9,031 nucleotides of DNA from Candidatus Heimdallarchaeota archaeon (GCA_030668875.1 DAOVER010000082.1:1-9031); one strand, 5' to 3'. Counted from the first letter of the stretch, positions 1 through 6,402 are shown. Notes: a model not told the origin generated them from the letters alone. A program made the numbers and translations.

Positions 1-570
1 CATCCCTAAATCGACACCACCTTTTCTTATCCTCTTCTTCAGGAGTTTGGATAAACTTTTCCTATATACTATCTCTAGTGTGTATCCTGGTCTGCGAGGG
101 ATGATTCTCACTTCTCTTAATTCTGTGTGCTCTGTTAGTCTTGTTTTGTAACTGTATCCTACTTTCTTGGGTAGAACCAACCAACCGTTAACTATCCGCG
201 CTTGTTGGTTGGTGAAGATAGCTACTACTTCCCCATCTTTACGCTTATAGTTAGGTGGTTTTGGCATAGCAAAGAACAATGAAGGGTCTTTTTTCCATTC
301 CTTTAGTGCATTAAAATATCCTTTCCAATTCCTACAGAGGAGTTTGAGAGTGTGTTGTGCAGTTTGAGCAGGAAGGACACAGTAACATTCTTCGTGTTTT
401 AGAGTTGTATCTAAATGATTGTAGAAGAGGAGTTTATTTTGGTTCTTCAATGAACCTTTTATCAGAAAATTTGCTCGATTGTAGAGATTCTTAACTTGAT
501 GACAAATCTTGCTTAGGTTGGGGTGATAGTCTAGTTCTATACACTCCACGCGTAGGACCTTAGTCATCAT
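1..570 (-). CDS. tnpB: IS200/IS605-family RNA-guided endonuclease TnpB, N-terminal 190 aa (truncated by window edge)
   Basis: Manual translation of the minus strand from ATG at 570 is open to base 1: MMTKVLRVECIELDYHPNLSKICHQVKNLYNRANFLIK...LPAQTAQHTLKLLCRNWKGYFNALKEWKKDPSLFFAMPKPPNYKRKDG...LREVRIIPRRPGYTLEIVY...GGVDLGM. The KNLYNxAN, LPAQTAQ, PxPPxYKxKxG and EVRIIP motifs and the RuvC-I VDLG motif are typical of TnpB. It is absent from the ORF track because the stop lies outside the window. Confidence 0.92.
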   Translation of the reverse strand, partial: MMTKVLRVECIELDYHPNLSKICHQVKNLYNRANFLIKGSLKNQNKLLFYNHLDTTLKHEECYCVLPAQTAQHTLKLLCRNWKGYFNALKEWKKDPSLFFAMPKPPNYKRKDGEVVAIFTNQQARIVNGWLVLPKKVGYSYKTRLTEHTELREVRIIPRRPGYTLEIVYRKSLSKLLKKRIRKGGVDLGM

Positions 571-588
571 TTTATTAACAGTATTTTC

Positions 589-597
589 TTATAAAAA
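589..597 (-). promoter_or_regulatory. Candidate archaeal TATA box for tnpB
   Basis: Minus-strand TTTTTATAA lies 19-27 nt before the first ATG (22-30 nt before the second). Confidence 0.35.
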
Positions 598-611
598 CCC
601 CGGTAATATTC

Positions 612-633
612 GTCTAAAGGCATCCCTGTAAAC
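612..633 (-). repeat. Imperfect hairpin, candidate IS200/IS605 left-end subterminal palindrome
   Basis: Minus strand reads GTTTA-C-AGG-GATG-CCT-T-TAGAC: an 8-pair stem with one G-T pair and one mismatch, 42-63 nt upstream of the tnpB ATG. Confidence 0.45.
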
Positions 634-716
634 TGATTATTGGTGTGTTTAATATGACAAGATGACAAAAATATTTTATAGAGAAAATTCTTATTTGAGT
701 AATATTTGATACAAGT

Positions 717-1997
717 ATGTCTGATAGATACTCTGAAGAATTTTTAGAGAAAAATTGGAAAGAATGGTTTTTAGCTATTCAAGGTTTCTTTTACTTCGCT
801 CAAGGAGTGGCAATAGTTGCTATACTTTTACTCCCGATCTACATGCAAGAAATTTTCTTTGAACCTCTGTATTATCAAGATAAAGCTATAGAGCTTTCAC
901 TGTATTATGCAGGAATTATCATGATTCCATGGTCTGCAAAGTTAATCTTTGGACTATTATCAGACAATGTGGGTTTTGGTAAGTTTGGGAGAAGAAAGCC
1001 ATACTTTGTTTTTGCAGGAGTATTTGGAATAATTGGTTGGGTATGCTTGCCTTTGTTTGGTAGCTTTAACTGGTTGTTTATCATTGTAGGGATACTAGTC
1101 TCTCTATGTGTCGCCATTAGTGATGCTATACTGGATAGTTTGGCGGTAGATGTTACACCACAAAAAAGGAGGGGAACTATGCAGGGTGTTGGATGGGGCG
1201 GAAGAGGTTTAGGAATGGCTGTAGCAGGATACTTTCTTGGTTTAATTATTGCAAATGACAAACTCGGTTGGAGAGTAGGGTTCTACATTCCTGGTGCTTT
1301 AATCATAATTGCCTGTTTTGCTCTTCTTTTCTTCCCTGAACCAAAGCAAGATCCTAGTGAAAAAGCTGTTTCTTTCAAAAAAGAAGGATATACTCAAGCA
1401 CTAAAAAATAAGTATACATGGATAGTTACAGCGTTCATGATATTATCAGGAACAGGAATAACGGTGGTTTCTGTTTTATCCTCATTCCTCAAAGGAGAAA
1501 CGAGCCTTGAAATTGAAGGAATAGGTCTAGGTGTCACAATATTTGCACTTGGTATGTTTGTTGGTGCAGGTGTTATTGGAGTTTTAGGAGATCATTTACC
1601 TTTGTTCCCGATATTAGTTGCTTCAACTGTGGTATATGGGGGATTAATTGGACTAATGTTTCTTATTCCATCTCTAGGTATTTATTCAGTATATGCTATA
1701 GTAATTGCAATTGGAGCCATCAATGGAGGATATGAAGCAACGCAAATGAGAATCGGGATGGAACATTCAGTTGGTCCAGTTGCAGGTTCATTATACAATT
1801 GGTATATGAGCATATCCAACCTTGGTCAATTGACTCTAGGGACTATGGTAATAGCAAATTTGTCAAACCCAGATATTTTAGGTTTTCCTTTAGCAATGCA
1901 ACTAGCAACAGTGTTCTTAGTACTTGCGTTGATTCCAGGATGGTTTGCTATCCGTGGAATAAAAAAACATAACAAAGAAGAAGTTCCGAGTATTTAG
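717..1997 (+). CDS. Major facilitator superfamily transporter (AmpG/PAT-like or BT1 folate-biopterin-like)
   Basis: 426 aa with about 12 hydrophobic segments. It has YFAQG in TM1, PWSAKLIFGLLSD...GRRKPY in loop 2-3 and DAILDSLAVD in TM4, plus a second motif-A-like GVLGDH. Confidence 0.9.
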   Translation: MSDRYSEEFLEKNWKEWFLAIQGFFYFAQGVAIVAILLLPIYMQEIFFEPLYYQDKAIELSLYYAGIIMIPWSAKLIFGLLSDNVGFGKFGRRKPYFVFAGVFGIIGWVCLPLFGSFNWLFIIVGILVSLCVAISDAILDSLAVDVTPQKRRGTMQGVGWGGRGLGMAVAGYFLGLIIANDKLGWRVGFYIPGALIIIACFALLFFPEPKQDPSEKAVSFKKEGYTQALKNKYTWIVTAFMILSGTGITVVSVLSSFLKGETSLEIEGIGLGVTIFALGMFVGAGVIGVLGDHLPLFPILVASTVVYGGLIGLMFLIPSLGIYSVYAIVIAIGAINGGYEATQMRIGMEHSVGPVAGSLYNWYMSISNLGQLTLGTMVIANLSNPDILGFPLAMQLATVFLVLALIPGWFAIRGIKKHNKEEVPSI

Positions 1998-1999
1998 AA

Positions 2000-2029
2000 C
2001 CCTTCTTCCCTTTCTTTTTCCTTTGTTTT
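2000..2029 (+). terminator. Polypyrimidine/oligo-T tract, archaeal-type terminator of the MFS gene
   Basis: CCCTTCTTCCCTTTCTTTTTCCTTTGTTTT has 29 of 30 pyrimidines, starts 3 nt after the MFS stop and forms no GC hairpin. Confidence 0.5.
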
Positions 2030-2037
2030 ATACTTAT

Positions 2038-2835
2038 TTACTTGAACTCATCCAGTGCATAGGCATCTTCTATGTAATCTGCAAGTTGAATTGCAAAACG
2101 TGTTGCAGGTCCTCCATCAATGGTGACATGGTCTAATTTTATCATTATACTCAATATTTCTTTCTTAACAAGTTCGTCACCCTCGTAACGAGGTTGTGCA
2201 GAAATCCCCCCTAGAACAATATGGATAGGTAGAAAACCAACATTTGCTCCCCATCCTTTTCTTCCTGGTCCAAACATCCCAATTGAAACAATTTGGCAAG
2301 TTCCACTTAGATTTTTCAACATGAATGGATCTTTTTGCAATCTGTTCCAAAAAATCCTTCTTCTCATAAATTTGGGAAATTTGTAAAGCATTTTAAATTT
2401 CTTTCTTGAAACTTCTGACGAAACTTCATTAGAATCTTCTTGTTGTTTAGCTCTGATTTTATTATGGATATCTAAAACACTTAATTCATTAGCTTTTCTT
2501 ACAACTAGTAACGAAGGAGAAGTTTTTCCATCAATTATCTTTTCAATTGGTATTTGAATATCAACCTCATCGAAAATAATTAGTTTTTTCTTCTTTCTCA
2601 TAGAATGAACTATTTTGTTATCACTAATAGCTTGAGCAACACATTTAGTTATCCAAGCTGAAAAAGAAATTGTTTCTCCTGTTTTTTCTTTGTACGACTT
2701 AAGAATCTTCCTTGCTTTAGTGACATCTAACTCAGCCACACCGTAGATATAATATCTGAAACGAGACATTTCAACGACTTCTAGGTTCATAAATCGTTTG
2801 AAATCTTTTTCCTCATAAGAACCTATATTATCCAT
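2038..2835 (-). CDS. Stand-alone 2-oxoacid dehydrogenase E2-type acyltransferase catalytic domain (CAT-like fold), no lipoyl or E1/E3-binding domain
   Basis: 265 aa with ELDVT, ISFSAWITKCVAQA, VDIQIPIE, GTCQIVSIGMFG, LGGI and the catalytic DHxxxDG motif (LDHVTIDGGPATRF). No lipoyl-lysine domain is present. Confidence 0.88.
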   Translation of the reverse strand: MDNIGSYEEKDFKRFMNLEVVEMSRFRYYIYGVAELDVTKARKILKSYKEKTGETISFSAWITKCVAQAISDNKIVHSMRKKKKLIIFDEVDIQIPIEKIIDGKTSPSLLVVRKANELSVLDIHNKIRAKQQEDSNEVSSEVSRKKFKMLYKFPKFMRRRIFWNRLQKDPFMLKNLSGTCQIVSIGMFGPGRKGWGANVGFLPIHIVLGGISAQPRYEGDELVKKEILSIMIKLDHVTIDGGPATRFAIQLADYIEDAYALDEFK

Positions 2836-2864
2836 TTCAAATCAATTTTAAAAGAAATAGGTGA

Positions 2865-2872
2865 TATATTAA
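2865..2872 (-). promoter_or_regulatory. Candidate TATA box for the E2-domain gene
   Basis: Minus-strand TTAATATA, preceded by an A-rich BRE-like run, lies 30-37 nt upstream of the ATG at 2835. Confidence 0.3.
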
Positions 2873-2900
2873 TTTTATCTATTTGGAATCATGAAGTCTT

Positions 2901-2922
2901 GAAAAACAAAAGTAGAGAAAAA
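2901..2922 (-). terminator. Oligo-T tract after the FTR-like gene
   Basis: Minus strand TTTTTCTCTACTTTTGTTTTTC starts 7 nt after the stop. Confidence 0.45.
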
Positions 2923-2928
2923 TCTTCC

Positions 2929-3276
2929 TTACCATTCTGGTTCGATTCTTCTTTCAGGTATCATTTCAACAGGTATAGAAAAGTCATAATCTGGATCAAA
3001 ATAGAGAGCACAGTAACATCTTCCAAACTCGTCTATGTCTGGTTGAGCATAGTTACAAGGACAAATGATATCGCGGTCTGTAGCCATATCTTCAAAAGAA
3101 TCTCTGCAAGGGCAATTGAAATATCCAACTCTATTAAAATAGATCTTCAATCCATCAATAAGCATGTCTAAAGTTCCATCAGTATTAGGATTTAGTTTCC
3201 AACCTCTTTTTTCTGCTACACGTTTTACATAAACATAAACATCTTCACTTGATTTCTCTTTCTTCATATCAACCAT
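2929..3276 (-). CDS. Ferredoxin:thioredoxin reductase catalytic-subunit-like protein (FTR/FDR family, 4Fe-4S)
   Basis: 115 aa with the three-motif Cys signature CPCR...ICPCNY...RCYCALY and an N-terminal GWKLNP. Confidence 0.93.
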   Translation of the reverse strand: MVDMKKEKSSEDVYVYVKRVAEKRGWKLNPNTDGTLDMLIDGLKIYFNRVGYFNCPCRDSFEDMATDRDIICPCNYAQPDIDEFGRCYCALYFDPDYDFSIPVEMIPERRIEPEW

Positions 3277-3606
3277 CTACTCTAATAACAGAACCCAGTT
3301 TTCGGGGTTATAGCCAGCATAGAAGTCTTTACCATCAATCACAATGAAAGGATACCTAATTGTTGCATCGAAAAATCCCATTAAGGCTCGCTTTAATTCT
3401 CTTTTATCCGCAATTGGGAGCAAATCTACATCTATGTATTTATAGCTATAAGCATTATCACTCAACCATTGCTTTCCTTTTCTACACCATTGGCAGGTAC
3501 TAAGAGAAAATAATATGATATTTTTATCAGATTTCCCTCCATTCACTAGTACAATTTCTCCAGGAATGTTTATATCTTCAAAGGTCATGAAATTACCAAC
3601 TGCCAT
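3277..3606 (-). CDS. Glutaredoxin/NrdH-like thiol-disulfide oxidoreductase
   Basis: 109 aa with LSTCQWCRK (CxxC), YIDVD and the cis-Pro motif YPFIVIDG. Its TAG abuts the FTR ATG with no gap. The true start may be the second Met (3588). Confidence 0.9.
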   Translation of the reverse strand: MAVGNFMTFEDINIPGEIVLVNGGKSDKNIILFSLSTCQWCRKGKQWLSDNAYSYKYIDVDLLPIADKRELKRALMGFFDATIRYPFIVIDGKDFYAGYNPENWVLLLE

Positions 3607-3764
3607 CTTTTTTTCTTAAATATAAATGTGTCTTTGAGACAATTATCTTCTATTGATATATCTAATGTTTCTGTTCTTCCTTAGAAAGAATTGCAAAAAA
3701 TCACCGATAAGTTGTATTTCTGAATTATGACGATACTAAAGGGAAGATATTTTTAGAAGCAACC

Positions 3765-3786
3765 AAAAAAAGAAGATAGAAAAAAA
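3765..3786 (-). terminator. Oligo-T tract after ligA
   Basis: Minus strand TTTTTTTCTATCTTCTTTTTTT starts about 30 nt after the ligase stop. Confidence 0.5.
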
Positions 3787-3817
3787 TTCAAAATAATGAT
3801 GAGAGAAACAAATTCTA

Positions 3818-5725
3818 TTAATCTAAATACTTCTCCTTAAATTCCACCCAGGGAATCATTTTGACACCAAGAGCCTTGGCCTGTTCTTGTCTTTTTTCTC
3901 CAGCATTCTCTGCAAGTACTAAATAATCCATGCTTTTGGAAACGCCAGAGCCCCAGGTTATACCTTTTTCCTCCATCATATCTCTTAGTTCTTGTTTAGT
4001 TATTCCTTCAACTTTGCCTGTTATGTATATTTTCATAGATTTCACCATTTTTGTTTGTTTTCGATCAGCGATTATTTTTTTCTTTTCTGGATAGATTATT
4101 ATCAAACCATTTTTGAATAGTTTTTCATATCGTTTAGTCTGTCTAATGCCTTCAAAAATAAATCTGGCAGTAATATCAGATATCCCTTCCAATTTCATTA
4201 GATCATCCATAGAAGCTTCTTTAAGTTCATCAAAACTGCAAAAAGAATTAGCTAATTTCTTACCCATAGTTCTACCCAGTTTTTCTATTCCCAATCCTGC
4301 TAGAAATAATCTAAAAGGCAGATCTCTTGTCCCATTTATTGAAGTTAAGATTTTTGCACCATTCTTACCTAACAACTTGATTAGTTGGTCCTCTGTAAGA
4401 GCATAAAGGTCAGAATAATGTTTAACTAAACCTGAGTCATAAAGTTTCTCCAAACTTTTACCACCTATTCCATCAATAGCAGTTTTTCGAATCCACGAAT
4501 TAATCTCTTGTATATCTCTTCCCCTACATGAATCACCTGTACAGAGGATATGCACCCCTGATTTCATTGTTTTAGCACCACAAGATGGACACTTGTCTGG
4601 TAGCTTTACTTTTCCTGTAGAATTTTTCGTAGTAACACGAATAATTTTTGGAATTACCTCTCCAGATCTTTCAACATAAACAAGATCACCAGGTTTAGCA
4701 CCCAAGTTAATTAGGAAATCAGCATTGTGCATTGTAGCTCTGCTTATTAACGCTCCAGAAATTTCAACAGGTTCTAATTCAGCAACAGGAATTAAGACAG
4801 ACGTTCTTCCAACTTGCCAAGTTATAGCATTCAATTTTGTGGATTTTCCTTTGCTCTCAAATTTCAAAGCTATTTGCCAACGAGGATGATGATCAGTAGC
4901 CCCAACTGTTTCTCTATCAGAAGCTAAATTGTACTTGAAAACAAGACCATCGATCTCAAAGTCTAGATTGTCTCTTTCAGTTTCGATCCTGTTGAAATGA
5001 GTAGAAATTTCCTCAAAATTAGGCGTGTCAAGTTTAAGGAAATCTGAAGTTTCAAATTGCCAGGATTTCAAAATAGAAGATTTTTCTTCAATAGTTGCAT
5101 CGTCGTTCCAACCTAGTAGCTCAAATGCCATGAAATTAAGCATTCTTCCTTCCATCTTTCGTGCGTCCTTTTGTTTCGCTGTTCCAGCTGCAAGGTTCCT
5201 AGGGTTACTGTATTTTTCATCATCTGATAAAGAAACATTTATCTTGTTAAATTCAGAGATTTTCATATAGAGTTCACCTCGAATTTCAACTCGATTCTTA
5301 AAGGAAACTGTTTTAGGAATAGCTTGTATTTTCAATATATTTAGAGTAACATCATCTCCTTTAATTCCAGAACCTCTAGTAGCTGCTTGGGTAAGCTTGG
5401 TGTCTTGATAGACTATTTTAAGTGATAAACCATCTATTTTGTATCCAATCATAAGAGGACGATTTTCTGCCCAAGAAATGATTTTCTCTACAGTTTTAGC
5501 TTTTTGACATGAAAGCATAGGAGGATCATGAGAGACACTCCCATCTGAAGTGGTTCCAACGACGAATAAAACAGGATTATCGGGATCATTTTTCCTTAGT
5601 TTGTCTTCTATACTATCATATTCAGCATCAGAAATTTCAGGCTCACCGTCGTAATATTTTCGTTTATGGTAAAGAATCAAGTTTTCAAGTTGTTTAATTT
5701 CCTCTTTAGATATTTGAATCACCAA
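3818..5725 (-). CDS. ligA: NAD+-dependent DNA ligase
   Basis: Domain Ia HKRKYYDGEPEISDAEYD; motif I K96-IDG; ATRG, EIRGE, NPRNLAAG, EIDGLVFK and HHPRWQIALKF; OB-fold WQVGRT...ELEPVEISG...RATMHN; C4 zinc finger CPSC-x12-C-x4-C; HhH repeats; C-terminal BRCT (IYITGK...GVSKSMDYLV). Start is TTG at 5725 or GTG at 5722. Confidence 0.97.
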   Translation of the reverse strand: MVIQISKEEIKQLENLILYHKRKYYDGEPEISDAEYDSIEDKLRKNDPDNPVLFVVGTTSDGSVSHDPPMLSCQKAKTVEKIISWAENRPLMIGYKIDGLSLKIVYQDTKLTQAATRGSGIKGDDVTLNILKIQAIPKTVSFKNRVEIRGELYMKISEFNKINVSLSDDEKYSNPRNLAAGTAKQKDARKMEGRMLNFMAFELLGWNDDATIEEKSSILKSWQFETSDFLKLDTPNFEEISTHFNRIETERDNLDFEIDGLVFKYNLASDRETVGATDHHPRWQIALKFESKGKSTKLNAITWQVGRTSVLIPVAELEPVEISGALISRATMHNADFLINLGAKPGDLVYVERSGEVIPKIIRVTTKNSTGKVKLPDKCPSCGAKTMKSGVHILCTGDSCRGRDIQEINSWIRKTAIDGIGGKSLEKLYDSGLVKHYSDLYALTEDQLIKLLGKNGAKILTSINGTRDLPFRLFLAGLGIEKLGRTMGKKLANSFCSFDELKEASMDDLMKLEGISDITARFIFEGIRQTKRYEKLFKNGLIIIYPEKKKIIADRKQTKMVKSMKIYITGKVEGITKQELRDMMEEKGITWGSGVSKSMDYLVLAENAGEKRQEQAKALGVKMIPWVEFKEKYLD

Positions 5726-5746
5726 TCTTCAAGAATTAGAATTAAC

Positions 5747-5756
5747 AATTTAAATA
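5747..5756 (-). promoter_or_regulatory. Candidate TATA box for ligA (leaderless spacing)
   Basis: Minus-strand TATTTAAATT lies 22-31 nt upstream of the TTG start. Confidence 0.4.
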
Positions 5757-5866
5757 GTTATAGGGGAGGTATTTGAAACTGAAAACTAACTCGAATCTAT
5801 TTCAAATCATTTTTGATATTACGATAGTTTTTTCACTCACAAAGAAGCATGTTATTACTGAAGCTA

Positions 5867-5874
5867 TTTTATTA
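5867..5874 (+). promoter_or_regulatory. Candidate TATA box for pncC (leaderless spacing)
   Basis: TTTTATTA at -31 to -24 relative to the ATG at 5898, with no Shine-Dalgarno motif. Confidence 0.4.
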
Positions 5875-5897
5875 ATCATTAATACTATATTCATTTA

Positions 5898-6386
5898 ATG
5901 AGAGTCGAGAAAAGGATAGGAAGAATTCTAACTAAACATAACTGGACTTTATCTACTGCAGAATCTTGCTCTGGTGGGTATTTGGCTAATAAAATCACTG
6001 ATGTTGCAGGAAGTTCAAATTATTTCTCAAATGGTTACATAACTTATTCAAACGAATCTAAGTTTCAAAATTTAGATGTTCCAATAATTTCCTTAGAAGA
6101 ATTTGGTGTCTATTCTAGTAAAACTGCTGAACTTATGGCAGAAGGAGTACGAAAAAAAACAAATACGACTTTTGGCATTGCAACAACTGGTATTGCTCCT
6201 CCTGGTGATCCATCATCCGCTCTTCCAACAGGTACCACTTTTATTGGTTTAGCAACAGCAAAAAGTATTAAGCATTATAAGTTTATAATTCGAAATAATT
6301 CTAGACGAAGATTCAAGAAAAAGGTTGTCAACAATTCTCTCAGAATGCTTCTTGCACTAATACAAGAGTATGAAAATGATAGTTGA
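5898..6386 (+). CDS. pncC: CinA C-terminal domain protein / NMN deamidase (PncC family)
   Basis: 162 aa with TAESCSGG, DVAGSSNYF, ITYSNESK, MAEGVR and ATTGIAPPG. Ser23 and Lys55 have the same 32-residue spacing as the catalytic Ser29/Lys61 of E. coli PncC. There is no MoCF/ADPR-pyrophosphatase domain. Confidence 0.9.
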   Translation: MRVEKRIGRILTKHNWTLSTAESCSGGYLANKITDVAGSSNYFSNGYITYSNESKFQNLDVPIISLEEFGVYSSKTAELMAEGVRKKTNTTFGIATTGIAPPGDPSSALPTGTTFIGLATAKSIKHYKFIIRNNSRRRFKKKVVNNSLRMLLALIQEYENDS

Positions 6387-6402
6387 AAAATAGGAAAATA
6401 GA

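Larger units (their letters stand above)
1..660 (-). mobile_element. IS200/IS605 (IS1341-like, no tnpA upstream of tnpB) insertion element, left portion; boundary approximate
   Basis: tnpB is followed, within the 146-bp intergenic region, by an imperfect hairpin at 612-633. There is no room for a tnpA before the divergent MFS gene at 717. Confidence 0.65.

Noticed and set aside
654-668. ATGACAA-G-ATGACAA direct repeat as a target-site duplication
   Set aside because: IS200/IS605 elements do not create TSDs, both copies are on the same side of the element, and the repeat is short.
905-1261. 118-aa minus-strand ORF
   Set aside because: It is an antisense shadow fully inside the well-supported MFS gene and has no motifs.
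2899-3171. 90-aa plus-strand ORF
   Set aside because: It is antisense to the FTR-like gene, starts at TTG and has no recognisable features.
3607-3817. 211-bp intergenic region as a possible RNA gene
   Set aside because: It is very AT-rich with no cloverleaf or stable structure, and is explained by the ligA terminator plus the grx promoter.
4113-4406. 97-aa plus-strand ORF
   Set aside because: It is a Ser/Leu-rich antisense shadow of ligA.
5025-5270. 81-aa plus-strand ORF
   Set aside because: It is a Ser/Phe-rich antisense shadow of ligA.
5771-5779. ATTTGAAAC resembles the ATTGAAAC 3' end of CRISPR repeats
   Set aside because: It is a single occurrence with no repeat-spacer periodicity and no cas genes.
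5827-5836. GT...AC dyad as a possible NrtR (NAD regulon) box upstream of pncC
   Set aside because: The spacing is N6 rather than N7, the flanks are not symmetric, and no regulator gene is in view.
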